Origin: an uncultured virus (IMG/VR IMGVR_UViG_3300001598_000047)
Lineage: Duplodnaviria > Heunggongvirae > Uroviricota > Caudoviricetes
Direction: 5' to 3' (one strand)
Length of the DNA stretch: 64,000 nt
Virus record (IMG/VR): IMGVR_UViG_3300001598_000047
Shown here: positions 1-13,623 of the stretch, piece by piece
Position numbering within the stretch: position 1 is the stretch's first letter
How the letters are laid out: the number at the start of each line of letters is the position of its first letter
Program-made: the position numbers and the translations under genes
The notes under the pieces: generated by a model
The model's input: the letters and a program-made list of their open reading frames with translations, nothing else
Database searches by the model: none
Told to the model about the DNA's origin: nothing

Positions 1-310
1 CGCCTTTATCACCTTTATCTCCTTTATCGCCTTTTTCTCCTTTCTAGCCTTGTATTCCTTGCTAACCGTCTTTACCATCTTTACCATCCTATCCTTTAGG
101 ACCAGTTTCGCCTGTAGCACCTTTCTAGCCTTGTATTCCTTGTGGACCGGTGTCTCCTTTGTCGCCTTTGTCACCTTTATCTCCTTTTGGACCTGGTGAT
201 ATAAAATTTACAACTTTTTTTATCTAATTCATATTATCAGCCGTTACAATTCTATCCTATAAATTAACAGCATCTTTTGACTTATCATTATATGTTATCT
301 TATCATTCAT
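1..310 (-). CDS. Collagen-like (Gly-X-Y repeat) virion fibre protein, runs off window start; TAG read-through
   Basis: ATG at 310; MNDKITYNDK...ADNMN*IKKVVN then GPKGDKGDKGDKGDTGPQGIQG*KG repeats. Confidence 0.8.
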
Positions 311-658
311 ATTTTTATCTTCTATATAATATTAATTATAATTATTTATAATTTTTTAATCATGAATTAAGTAATTAAATTTTTTCATTACTTCTCTAAA
401 ATAATCACGCTTCTACAAATGTTAGTAATTCTGTAAAATAAATAAATAAAATCTATTAATCTTCGAGGATTTATTTGAGAACTACCTAAAAGAACTAGAA
501 AATTTTTCTAGAGAAACTCTGTAACACTAATTTTCAAAGTTTTCTTTGAAGTAATAATAGCAGTCAACAATCTACACTAAATGTTTATTTCTCTATTTTA
601 ATAGACGCTAAATTTACTATTTTAAAATATATTTTTATTTATTAATTTATTTAAAAAT

Positions 659-666
659 TATAAATA
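659..666 (+). promoter_or_regulatory. Putative T4-type late promoter TATAAATA
   Basis: Exact TATAAATA about 25 nt upstream of ATG 692; gp55-like sigma present in window; AT-rich background lowers specificity. Confidence 0.45.
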
Positions 667-691
667 ATATTAAAATAAAAATATAAAAATT

Positions 692-2193
692 ATGAATATT
701 TATCAAAAAGTTTATTTACAAGATTTAATTTTAGAAGAAAATATTAAGTCATTAATTCCTAATATACAAAGTTAGTTATTAACAGACATCGGTGTGTCTA
801 ATTATCAAAGTTTAACATAGCATGATAAAATATTATTTCAAGAAAAATTAAATAATATGCTTGAACATATCAAAGAAAAAGTAAGTTAGTTAACAAATAA
901 TTTACAATATCAAAGCTGGGTTTATAAAATATTAAAACAAAAAAATAAAGATATTGACGAAGATTATAATGTATTAAAAACTGCATTAATTGATTTTACT
1001 AAGTTATGTAAACGTCCAGACCTTCTACCACAACAAAAAAATATTCAAAATTATCAAACTTTCCAAGATTTACAAAAATTTATTTTAAGCTTTCAAAAAG
1101 AACATAAATTAGAAAATAATATTTATAGTAATTTAAAAAAATTATACAATAATTAGAAATATACTTGCTATTTAATTACAAATTATTAGGAGTGTAATAA
1201 ATTATTTGGTGGTCAAAAATATTTTAATACAGGCTGGTGCATTGCTAAATCAAAATATCATTTTAATAATTATTTAAATGAGTATCCAGATAAATTTAAT
1301 GGATATATTGTATTTATTGAAAATACTACAAATAAACCATACGCATTATTACATTATGGATCTAAACAATTTAAAGATACTAGTGACCAGACATTAACAA
1401 ATAATGATAAATTAATTATTGACTGTTTATATAATATTAATTCAAATATTAAAAATTATTCTATTGCAGATACTGACTTATATAATTATTTGTTTGATAT
1501 ATATTCTTATAAAAATCCTGGCAAGCTATATTTAGATTTGCTTTCATAGGTATAGTTTATAAACTATGACAAAATAAATAAAACTATAGACTTAAAAGGT
1601 AATACTTTAAGAATTAATGAAAAATTATTAAATGAAAATATTTTTAGTTATAATATAGTTAATTGTATACGTATATCATTTTAGCGATATAAAAATTTAA
1701 TAAAATTACCAGATAATTTTTATATCCCTAATTCTGTTAAAGATTGTAGTTGTATGTTTTGTGGTTGTGAAACTTTAACAAAATTACCAGATAATTTTAC
1801 TATTCCAAATTCTGTTCAAGATTGTAATTATATGTTTTATGGATGTAATAATTTAATAAAATTACCGGATAATTTTGCTATTCCAAATTCTGTTCAAAAT
1901 TGTAATAATATGTTTTATGGTTGTGCTATGTTAACAAAATTACCAGATAATTTTACTATTCCAAATTCTGTTAAAAATTGTAGTTGGATGTTTACCCGGT
2001 TGCGAAAATTTAACAAAATTACCAGATAATTTTACTATTCCAAATTCTGTTAAAAATTGTAATGACATGTTTTATTGTTGTATTAGTTTAACAAAATTAC
2101 CAGATAATTTTACTATTCCAAATTCTGTTCAAAATTATAGGAATATATTTGGGCGGTTGTACTAATTTAAAAAACTTACCAAATAATATTTAA
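692..2193 (+). CDS. Protein with C-terminal BspA/DUF285-like leucine-rich repeats; TAG read-through and two CGGT +1 sites (1997, 2154)
   Basis: Frame continuous from ATG 692 through TAGs into ORF 1754; 26-aa repeat LTKLPDNFTIPNSVxxCxxMFYGC continues after each skipped C to TAA 2191-2193. Confidence 0.8.
1695..2180 (+). repeat. About 6 tandem 78-bp coding repeats (LRR units)
   Basis: Repeated aaaattaccagataattttactattccaaattctgtt core. Confidence 0.9.
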
Positions 2194-2208
2194 TATTTTA
2201 TTTTTAAT

Positions 2209-3688
2209 TTATTTTAGCTAAATAATTACACTTCCGCAATCCTACACTAAAAAATTATTTCTCTATTTTAATAGAGGCTAAGTTTGCTATTTTAAAATAT
2301 ATTTATTTAAATCAATATTATTAAACCAGCTAAAATCTAAACTTTTATTTACTGGAATTATCTACTACTTCTTAAATATTTTAATTAATTTTTGCTTTAT
2401 CTACTATTTATTTGTAGTCCACTAATCCTACCAAATATGTATTAATCGAATATTTTTCTAATTACAAAGTTTTGTTTTCATTAAATGATAACCATGTGGC
2501 TTCTGCTATGTACTGTGCCAGTAACTTCCATTAAACTATATTGCTAAATTTAACTATTTTATGTAAATATCTACCTAATAAGGACTAATTAACTAATAAT
2601 TATTCTAATTCAACTATGGAAAATATTGCTTACAAAATTCTGCTAACTATTTCTACTAGGATGAATATCCAATATTCTAAATATATGGATGACATTTTCT
2701 ACAAATTACTGGTACTGCAACATTATTAATATATTGTCTACCGAGACATTACATGTGATTTAATAATATTTCCGCATTCAAGACATTTCCATTCTAACGT
2801 ATTATCATGATACTTATCTGTTTTAATATATGTTGCAAATGAAAATAATGGAATAATATATGGATTTTGAAACATTAAATCATAATATTTTTTTCTATAC
2901 TATGGTGTTTTACAAATATTTTCATATCCATATTTTTGTAAATTTGTATTTTTTGTTTTAATCTTATATTCATATGTTTGTGTATAATTCTAAACATTAT
3001 ATTTCTATAAATTAGTTTGTTTTATTTTCTATTTAATCTATTTTGCTGCAAATGGGTTTTCAACACCATATTTTTTTAAAAATGTTTGTTTAACTTTTTG
3101 TTTTGTCTATTTAGAATTTAATGGACAAGTTGTACCATATTTTAATAAATTTGTATTTTTTATTTTTGTTTTTATTTGCTAATTTTGTGCTGATGATTTT
3201 GTGCCATATTTCTATAAACATGTTTGCTATGCTTTATCTTTTATTATTTGTGTTTTACTTGCAATTTTATTTCCATATTTCTATAAATTAGTTTGATACA
3301 TTTTTTGTTTTACACAATCAGCTTGTACTGGATGCTAAACACCATATTTTTTTAATGTTGTTTGTACTCGTTTTTGTTGAACAGCAGGATCTAAAGCCGC
3401 ACATTTTTTTGAGCAATGACTTCCATACTTTTTTGTTATTTTTAAATTTTTAAACTAACCTATTCTTTTATTACATATTGGACATATTTTCCACTATGTA
3501 ATATTATTAATAATCCAGTTTAATTTTGTAGATAAATTATATATAGAATTTTGAAGTAAAGGTGTTTGCTAATTAATATATACTAATAATTTCTAATTTT
3601 CTTTTCTTTTTAATATTTTACAAAAATGTATTGGATATTGTTTTATAATTTCTTTTATTTGATTTTCAATCTATATATTTCTTTCCAT
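2209..3688 (-). CDS. Free-standing endonuclease 1 (Zn ribbon + KYGV repeats + Vsr/Hef-like PD-(D/E)XK domain)
   Basis: CPIC, HCSKKCA, CL*KYG repeats, PY*VDIYIK*LNLAI*FNGSYWH, RLIHIW*D*W, V*DCG; one CGGT site at 2741-2743; 1480-1 nt = 493 codons. Confidence 0.8.
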
Positions 3689-3886
3689 ATTAAAAAAAAC
3701 TCCTATATTACTAGCCCATAATATAAGAGTTAAAAAAATCCAAAATATTTTGGATATATTATTTAATATAAATAAAAATCTCTAAATTAAGGGCTAGTTA
3801 ATTTATTATTTCTATTATTATTTATAAAAAATTCACTAAAATTAATTAAAACTTTAGTGAATTTTAAAAATATTTTAAATTATTTT

Positions 3887-5804
3887 TTATTCATCAACAA
3901 CTTCTGCATCAACAGTTTCAGCTGTATTATTTGTTCCAGTATTAGACCCAGTTGTACCACTTGTAGCAGACGCTTCTTGTGCAGCTTGATATATTGCCTG
4001 ACCAAGTTTCATAAGAGATTCTTCTGCATCTTTAATAGCTGCATTAATCTTCTCCGATTCTCCACAATCTTTAATATCCTTAATAGCTTTAAGTTTGGTT
4101 TCAATTTCATCTTTAATAGATTGATCTACTTTATCACCATATTCTTTAAGCTGTTTTTCTGTCTGATAAATCATAGATTCTGCATGATTTTTTGCTTCAA
4201 TATTTGCTGCAGCTTTATTATCTTCTTCAGCATGAAGTTCAGCTTCTTTCTTAAGTTTTTCAATTTCTTCCTTAGAAAGACCACCATTAGGCTGTATAGT
4301 AATATTAGCTGACTTTTGTGTTCCGTAAATCTTTTGCAGTAACTGTTAATATTGAATTTGCATCAAGTGAATACGTCACCTCGATCTGTGGGACTCCGGC
4401 GTGGTGCTTTAACTATACCTGTTAAATTAAATTGACCAACTAATTTATTACGGTTAGCAATTTTTGATTCACCTTGATAAATCATAATTGTAACAGCTTC
4501 TTGTCCGGTCTTGTGCTGTTGAAAATACTTGTGTTTTACTTGTTGGTACTGTAGTATTAGATTCAATAAGTTTAACCATAATACCACCTTCTGTTTCAAT
4601 ACCATAACTCATTGGACAAACATCTAATAAAACTATATCGCCTATTTCAGAATCTCCAGCAAGCACCGCGCCTTGAATAGCAGCTCCTTGTCCGAACGCA
4701 TTCGTCAGGATTAATATCTTTATTAACTGTTAATTTATGAAAAACTTTTTTTGTAAGTTCTTGAATATATGGAATACGAGTAGTACCTCCAACAAGAATT
4801 ACATCTGTAATTTTATCATATGAAATGCCTGAGTCTTCAACACATTTTTTAGCATTTTCTTCAATTTTATCATAAACATTACTAACAAGTTTCTCAAAAT
4901 TAGCACGAGAAAGATCATAATTAAGATGAACTGGTCCATTTTCATTCATAGAAATAAATGGAAGATTGATATTTGAAGTCATTGCTGAAGAAAGTTCACA
5001 TTTAGCTTTTTCAGCAGCTTCTGTAATACGTTGAAGAGCTTGAGTATCTTTACTAAAATCAATTCCAAACTCTTTTTTGCCATATTCAATAATTTCTTTA
5101 ACAATTGCTTCATCAATATCTTTACCACCAAGTAAAGAATTACCATTAGTTGAAAGTACTTCAAAAACACCGTCACTACAATCTAAAATTGATAAGTCAG
5201 TAGTTCCGTTGACCTGCATCCATAACAGCAATTACTTTTGATTCTTTTGTTTTATCAATACCGTATGTTAAACAACTAGCAGTAGGTTCATTTATAATTC
5301 TAAGTACTTCAAACCCTGCAATTTCTCCGTGCATTTCGTGTAGATTGTCTTTGCATATCTGAAAAATATGCTGGCACAGTAATGACTGCTTTTTTAACAG
5401 GTTTTCCTAAATATGATTCAGCATCATTTTTTAATTTAGCTAATACCATTGAAGAAATTTCTTCTGGTGTATATTTATGATTATTGACATCAATTAATAC
5501 TTCACCATGTTCGCCTTCAATAACATTATATGACATAAGTTTTGCAATATCTTTTACTTCAGAAAATTTATGTCCAATAAAACGTTTTACTGAATGAATT
5601 GTATTTTTTGGATTTGTAATTGCTTGTCTAACAGCAGCAGTTCCAACAAGACGTTCACCAGATTTTGTAAAAGCGACAACAGATGGTGTTGTTCTATTTC
5701 CTTCTGCATTTGGAATTACAATTGGTTTACCATTTTCATAATAACTTATTACACTGTTACCTGTTCCGAAGGTCGATGCCTACAACAATTTCTTTTTGAC
5801 TCAT
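3887..5804 (-). CDS. dnaK: Hsp70 chaperone DnaK, 636 aa after skipping C at seven in-frame CGGA sites
   Basis: VGIDL[c][35 protein letters not shown][c][20 protein letters not shown][c]GQGAA, APR[c][14 protein letters not shown]; 1918-7 nt = 637 codons; no TAG. Confidence 0.95.
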
Positions 5805-5961
5805 AATTAACTCTTCTCCTATATTTTAGACGTTAATATATTTTAATAAGTCCTCTTTTTTAGAGCGACTATTTTTATAATATTTAATTTAAAATAATTT
5901 AAATTTATTAAAAATAAAAATAAACCAAAATATTTTGCAAATATTTTTAATTTTAATATTA

Positions 5962-7057
5962 TTACTATTTATGATTTTCAATTAAATTTTTTAAAAATTT
6001 TTTAATATTTTCTTTATTATTTAACCAATCATGCTACCAAATATGAAATAACTAAATTCCAATCTATTTACACATTATTATTTTCTTTTTATCTGTCTAT
6101 GGATTATAGTTAGGATTCAAATTTGAATGCCAATAATCACCGTTATATTCAATAGCTATTTTTAACTAAGGTAAAAATATATCTAACTCATATGGAGAAA
6201 TTATATTATATGTATTTTCCTTTATTTCTCCAAAATAAATAGTTTTTAAATATGAAACTACTTCTTTTTCTTGAATAGAATATTTATTGATTTTTGGAAA
6301 ACATTTTAAGCAACGTGGTAAACATTCATCGATTTCACATTTATGTGAAGTTGAATATATTTTTTGTTTAAATATATTTCCACATAAAACGCATTTCCAC
6401 TAATATTCAATATTTTTTGTATATCCTTTAAATAATTCTTTGGAAAACATTGGAATGATATAATCTTTCCATGATAAAATATTATTCCAAGATATTACTA
6501 ATGCTGGATTTTCAAATTCATATTTCTATAAACATGTTTGTCTTGTTTTATTTTTTACTTTCTAATTTTGTTGTGGATTTATAACTCCATATTTTTCTAA
6601 ACATGTATTTTTAAATTTTGTTTGTACTTCTATTAATTTTGCTGGATTATCCACTCCATATTTTTCTAAACACGTATTTTTAAATTTTGTTTGTACTTCT
6701 ATTAATTTTGCTGGATGGTCAACCCCATATTTTTCTAAACATGTATTTTTATAACTATTTTTTGCATGCTATATTTTATCTTTATCTAAAGCTGCACATT
6801 TTAATGAACAATAAATTTTTTTATTATTATAATTATATTTAATTGTATTTCCGACACACTTTACAAAGTTTTAACGGCTTATTTTTTACAATTCCATTAA
6901 TAATATTTGTTAAATTTATCCAATTACTATCATTAATTAAAATATTATTAACATAATTTTTTATATTTGGATATAAATTAAAAAATTTCTAAACTTGAAT
7001 TTTCTGTATTTGTTTATATTTTTTAAAATATTCTTTAATTATAAATTCTTCCTACAT
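5962..7057 (-). CDS. Free-standing endonuclease 2 (same family)
   Basis: CKVC[c]G (6851-6853), TCL*KYGV repeats, PYELDIFLP*LKIAIEYNGDYWH, IW*HDW; 1096-1 nt = 365 codons. Confidence 0.8.
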
Positions 7058-7151
7058 TTTATATCCTAAAATTTTTATTAAATATTAAAATAATTAAATT
7101 TATCATAATTTACATAATATTTTTTAATAAATAATATTAAATTACAAAAAT

Positions 7152-7679
7152 ATGGAACTTATTTTTATGAAAAAGAATATTATATTAGAATCTTATAGAA
7201 AATTATTTTTTTAGTCGTTTGACCATACAAGAATTCCAAAAGAATATATTTATCAATTAGTTGATGATGCGATAAATAATGAATTTTAGGATGGATATGT
7301 ATTAATTGGCGGGTATAAATTAACACCATCTGATTGTTTAAAAAAAGTTGACCCATTAGCATATGAAGAATATTTTGACAAATACTGTTATTCTCAAGAT
7401 ATTTCTTAGAATGATGATGGAACATATTATGACCATATGTAGAATGAATTAGGAACAACACATGAAACATAGGATAATTTAATAAAAGAATGTTGTCATT
7501 GCTGTGGGTAGGAATTTTTAAAACAAGAATTATGTCCAGATACAGGATATTGTATAGCATGTCAAGAAGATTAGTTAGTAAATGGTCCAAAATAGTTTAG
7601 AATATTACCAACTGATACATAGACATAGATTATTATTAAAGAAACTTGTATGAAAAAATGGAAAAAATCACATAAGTAA
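7152..7679 (+). CDS. Hypothetical protein with Cys cluster (CCHCC...CIAC); TAG read-through
   Basis: Single frame ATG 7152 to TAA 7677 interrupted only by TAG. Confidence 0.65.
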
Positions 7680-7702
7680 TATAATATAGGAAATTAATAA
7701 AT

Positions 7703-9104
7703 ATGAAATTTAATAATGAATATATGGCTGCATATTTAACAGATTTAAATAAGGCATCTATAAAAAAAACTATTAAAAATGTTAATAAGAAAAAAAATAA
7801 TTTAATTATTTAGAATAAACGTAAATCAGTAAAATCAAAATTACTTAAATCTTTAATTTTAGAAGACTAGAATACTACAAAAGACCAACAGTTCAATATT
7901 GATATACTTACAAAAATTGTTAGCAAACGGTGAAAATAATAAACCTAATATTAATGATGATAAGTATTTCGAAGATAAAATATTTAATAATAAATGTACA
8001 AGACATAAAATTGAAGGTCCAAAGGAAGCAGAACTTATTGGAAAAATAGAACCTTCTATTAAAGAAATAATTAAAAAAGCTGAATAGACTAATAAATAGT
8101 TTGAAAATAATAAAAATAAGTTTTATTTATTATGTTTTATTATAATAACATCTAAACCTGATGATTCATTTAAACAATATTTTTTAATGAAAAAAGGTTA
8201 GGATTTACAAGAAATTTATATGATTGTTCCAAATGATACAAATTGGTTCCAACAAGTTAAGGTTAATTTAAATGAATTTGCGGAAAAGCATACTGAAGAT
8301 AAAATTTTAGCTGGATTAAATTTTACTGCTTCAATACCATTAGACTGTTTAAGTGTTATTTGGCAAGGATCAAAAACTATGGCATCAATGTTAGCGGACA
8401 CTGCAAAAGATGTTTGGAAAAATAATGTTGTAATAAATTCAATTCGTAAGTTATTTGACAAAACAGATTATAATATAGAAACTAAAAAAATAATTCATGC
8501 ATTATCAAAATTTAAAAAATAGCATGAAGAAGAATTTAAAACAAATGTTTCAGAAAATGTACGAAATAAAATATTATTTGCAATTGGTGATATAAAAGAA
8601 ACTCCTGGTGATGGATTAATTAATTATAAAGAGCAAATTGAAAATAATAACCCAATTACAGCTGACCAGTTTGAAGCATTAAAAAAACTTGAAGACTAGT
8701 TTGTAAAAGCAATTGGAAGTGCAGAATTATATACACAAGTTAAAAATAATCCAGATGCAATTACTGACGTGCCACCTAAAGTTGCTGCTGCTGCATATAA
8801 AAAATATAAAAATGATCCAGCATTTAATAAAACATGTAAACAACTTGGATTTAAAGATAAAAAGAAAAAAGGCGGACTTGCTGCATTATTTGAAAAAATA
8901 TTAAATGATATAATGAATATATTTAGTGGTGAAGATGATGATCCAAAAGAAATAAATGATTCATCTGCAATACGTGATGCAATGCCATTTGTTAAAAATG
9001 CTATTAAAGCAATACCACCAGGAAAATATCCAGTTTATTTTGGCGGCAATAAAGTTGATATTGCAGAAATGGAAAAACGTTTTAAAGAAACAAATAAATA
9101 GTAA
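7703..9104 (+). CDS. Hypothetical, probable virion/internal protein; TAG read-through, CGGT site at 7928
   Basis: Skipping C at 7928 joins ATG 7703 to the shared frame of ORFs 7899, 8220 and 8769; ends TAG-TAA. Confidence 0.7.
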
Positions 9105-9118
9105 GGAAATAATAAATT

Positions 9119-10576
9119 ATGAATGTAAATGAATATTTTAAAACATACTATAAAATAATAATGTAGTAGAAATAGCCATAGCAAGATAGACAAAAAACTA
9201 AAAATTAGTCTAAAAATGGTTAGGATACTAAAGAACAAGAATAGACTAATGAAATTAATATGCAACAAAAATTTTAGGATGCAAAAAATGATGCTCTAAA
9301 TGGTGGTGTTTAGAATTGTACTAAAGAAATTGCAAAAGCAGCATATACTGAAATAAATGAAGCTTATAAAGATAATCCTGGATTATTTGATGAAATTGAA
9401 ACTGAAAATGAATTAGATTAGGAAAAAGATAAACCAAATAAATTATCTGGCACTGAAACAACTAATACTGATTCTGCTACTAACTAGTCAATTAAATTAT
9501 CAAATAAATTTAATGAATTTTATAATTTAGTATTTGAAGATTAGCTAATTGAAGAAGGAAAAACATAGTAGGTTTATTCTGATCATTATATGTTAATTGT
9601 TAATGATGATGGTACATTTAAATTAGTAAATGATGAAGATCCTGACACTAAATTTTCACTTGATGATTATAAACATGTTAATAATTGGATTTAGAGTAAT
9701 GACTAGTCTTGGATTGATTGTGTTAAAAAATTTGGCGGTAGAAGTTATGGAATAAAAGATGAAGAATTAGATGATCTAATAAATAAATTTAAAATAAATG
9801 ATAACCCAATTGATGATGAAGCTAAACAACGTGTTAAACAAGTTATTTTAAATATAAAAAATAATAGACATTTTAAAGAATTATCTGAATTATATAAAGA
9901 AATAAAAAAGAAAGAAGGATATTTAAATAAAACTAGAAAAACTGAAATTAAAACAATATTCTTTAAAACTTTAATTTTTATTATTGCTAAAACATATAAT
10001 GATGCTCCTGATAAATAGGAACGTAAAAATATTACAAAAGCTAAAGAAGATTAGAAAAAAAATAATATTGCAGCATCAAAAATATCTTTAACAAGTTCTA
10101 ATTAGAAGATAATAAAATTATATACTGGCCTTTTAAATAGTTTTTCAGATATAATTAAAGATACTGATTTGGAAGATTCATTAAAAGAAGGTACTGGAGA
10201 TGCTGATGATGCATATTTTTCATATTGTAAAAATGGAGAAAAATATTCATCTTGGGGTACTGCAGATAATATAAATGAATTTTCAAATCATTTTATAACA
10301 TTTATTACTTCGCAAAATAATAATGATACATTACAAACAAAAATTTCAGCAATATGTTATATGAAACAAACAATATAGGCTAAAAAGAAAGGTGATCAAT
10401 ATTATGGAGATGATTATGAACATAAATATACTGCAATAAATAAATTTATTGATGAAATTAAATCATTATGTACAAAAGAACAAAATAATATTATAAATAT
10501 AAATGCTAACTGGGATATAAATTTTAATTTATTTAATAAAAATGTATTATAGCAAATAATTAATAAAGGAAAATAA
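9119..10576 (+). CDS. Hypothetical, probable virion/internal protein; TAG read-through
   Basis: ATG 9119 in frame with ORF 10169 and TAA 10574; SD-like AAGGA upstream. Confidence 0.65.
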
Positions 10577-10580
10577 AATT

Positions 10581-12108
10581 ATGATAAAACATATAAATGA
10601 TATTTAGTATGCATATTATAAAATTATTACAGAAAATAAACAGAATAATACAATTATTACAGAAAATTTTATGAAATCTATTTGGGATGCTGGAAAATCT
10701 GCTGTAGGAACAATAAGTAATGTAGTTAAAAAAGTTGGAAAAGCTGTTGGTGGCTGGTTTGTTAGTCTTTATAAACTTATTAAATTTGGTGTAAAGGCAT
10801 TAACAAATTTTTTATCTGGAACATATAAAAATAATCCAGATTCGTTAAATTCAGACACAAATTAGCTAAAAACATCATTAGTTTAGGTTGTTCCATTTTT
10901 TTCATGTTTAGTTACTATACCTGAAAAAGTTGGTGAAAAAGTACATAATACTTAGTTTAAAGATTTAAAAAATAATTTAAAAGGAAAATCTGGACGGAAA
11001 TATTGATAAAAGTATTTCTAAGCTTGGTAAAACAACGTGGGGTGCATTAAAATCTAATTTAACAAATGCATTAAGTGAATCAAAAGATAAAGCAAAACAA
11101 TTTAGTTAGTAGCAACATTTATAGCAAAATTTAAAAAAAATAGATAATAAACTTGAAAATAATCCATTAGATATAAATTCATAGAATAATAAACCTAAAT
11201 AGAATATAGAAAATAATAAGTAGCAACAAACAAAATAGAATATATCTGAAAATATTTTATTAGAAGCTGCTGACTATAACACATTTTCTATATATGAAAA
11301 AAATATTTTATTATAGTTTAATAAAAAATATGCACATGAATTACATAATTTTATTATTGATAATGTATTTAAAGGAATAACTCCGAAAATTATTATAGAA
11401 TCAATTGATAATGAATACACTAATTCTCCTCAATTACCAATTATTATTGAAAATAAATAGTTATTATTTAAAACTAATTATGGTAATTTAATATGTGAAG
11501 AAAAGGATTTATAGACAAATAATATTATTATATATGAAAGTAATACATTATTTAAAGGAAAACATCTTATTTATGAAGAATCTGAAGGTAAATTTAAAAA
11601 ATTTAATAATTTAATTACATAGGAAAATATAAAAATTTATAATAATATTATAAAATAGTAGTCTGAAAAATTTAATATTATGTCATGGATATCAATTGCT
11701 TCAATGGTAATTGGTGCTATGTTTACATTAAAAAATTTAATTATGGCTGCTTTACATTGTATTCCAGGTATTGGAACTGCTGCTGTTGGAGTTGCTAATG
11801 GTGCTACAGCACCATGTGATGCAACAACAGGCGCTGTAACTGGACAAGCTGTAGTTGGTGCTACATCTACTGCAACTACGTCAACTGCTACAACTGCTAC
11901 AACTGCAATAAATACATTAAAACATGCAAAAACTGCAGTAGATGTTGCAAATATGAGTAAAGGTGCAGTTGAAGCTGGTGTTCAAGGATATAAAACATAT
12001 AAAGCATTAAATGATCCAAATGCATTAGCTAATGCAACAAAAAATATATAGCAAGTTGATACAAAATCAATTAATATTAATAATGAATTAGATAATATAG
12101 AATTTTAA
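10581..12108 (+). CDS. Hypothetical, probable virion/ejection protein with hydrophobic and Ala/Thr-rich C-terminus; CGGA site at 10995
   Basis: ORF 10671 frame joins ORF 11680 frame by skipping C at 10995; repeated L/I-x-E motifs. Confidence 0.7.
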
Positions 12109-12132
12109 CAAATATATAAGGAATATAAAAAT

Positions 12133-13580
12133 ATGAATAATAACATTTTAATTGAAGCTTATTTAAAAGATTTAGATTCTCAAAAAAAAAACAATTAATA
12201 ATGGAATCATCATTTAAAGATGTCTATAATAAAGTATTATAGTTTTTTAATTGTTTTGATAAAGCATCAAATATTAGCAAAACATTAGCATTAGGATAGT
12301 TTGATGGTGATGCTAACAAACTTGTATAGCAAGGAAAAGATGCATTAAATACAATTACTTCAACTAAACCATTTGGTATATTAAAAACGCCATCTGACAA
12401 ATTAATTACATTAGGAGAAAATTCGCTTGGTCCATTAATGAAAAATCCAATTAATGTTGCTAAATCCGGTGGAGATTTAAATAAAGCTGGAAAATCAATG
12501 CTAAATCAAACTAAAGATATTTTCGGGCAAGGCGCACAAGATGCATTAAAAAATACAAAAGGCGCCGAAACTATATCATAGGAAAATTATAAAAAAATTA
12601 ATAAAAAATTTAAATTAGCATTAGAATCTAAACAATTTAAACGTATATTTAATAAATCTGTAATACAAGTTGAAAATGCATTTAAATCATTAATTAAAAA
12701 TGAAGTTATTACAGAAAATAATGGCTGGTATAAAAATATTACTAATGATATTAATATTACAACTTCTACTGGTAATATTACTATTAAAAAAATAAATAAT
12801 AATCTAATTTATTAGGAAAATTTTAATAATAGTAATAAAAAAACAATTATTTATGAAAATACTGAATCAACTACTATGTCAGTTGATGGTATGACAGAAT
12901 ATTTAAAAAGTCTTTCACCAAGTGAACAAGTTACAGTAGCAGCAGCTAAAAAGGAAGCAGAAAAACTTGTAAAAGATAAAGGAATGACATTTAGTTAGGC
13001 ATTTAAAGCAGTAAATGCTAAATATTATAGAAAATGGAAAGCATTTAGACTATTACAGAAAAGGAAAGTTAAAAGAATTAAAAATAAAATATCAGATACT
13101 GCTAATAATGTTAAAACATCAGTTGAAAATGCAGCAAAAGCTGTATGGAATTTTATAAAAAAAATATATAGACCATTATTTAATATATTATTATTTATTA
13201 CAACACAATTATTAAAAATTATTTATGCTATACTTGGTTTTATTCTTGATGTAATTGAAAAATTATTAAAACATATTCCATATATAAAAGACATATTAGA
13301 AGCAATGGGTGGTGAAACACTTGGTTCAAAATTATTAAAACATTCAGAATCATTAAATATTGGATTATCTATAAATGATATGTTAACACCATTAAAAGAT
13401 CAAACAGATAAATTTTCAGCTTGGGTTTGTCAATGGACTGCAGTCGCAGGTTGTATTGGATTTACTATTTGGATTGTTAAAGTTGGACTAAATTTAATAT
13501 CAGGAAATTCTTCATCAGATAATACAAGTAGTAAACCACAAAAAATTAAAAAAAGTAAATACGCACATCATTTTAATTAA
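12133..13580 (+). CDS. Hypothetical, probable virion/membrane-associated protein; TAG read-through; apparent frameshift in A10 run at 12182-12191
   Basis: Frame from about 12192 to TAA 13578 broken only by TAG; N-terminus from ATG 12133 is off by one base at the poly-A run. Confidence 0.6.
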
Positions 13581-13581
13581 T

Positions 13582-13611
13582 AAAAAAGCCTCACTTAATG
13601 TGAGGCTTTTT
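13582..13611. terminator. Bidirectional intrinsic terminator
   Basis: aaaaaagcctcac-ttaat-gtgaggcttttt between convergent genes. Confidence 0.85.
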
Positions 13612-13623
13612 AATACATGAATT

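Noticed and set aside
1695..2180. CRISPR array or DGR template/variable repeat
   Set aside because: Repeats are in-frame LRR coding units; no spacer structure, adenine-specific pattern, reverse transcriptase or cas genes seen
5805..5960. CIRCE/HrcA operator upstream of dnaK
   Set aside because: TTAGCACTC-N9-GAGTGCTAA is not present
12182..12191. Frameshift in A10 run as part of the recoding system
   Set aside because: No CGG involved; homopolymer error, mutation or slippage is simpler
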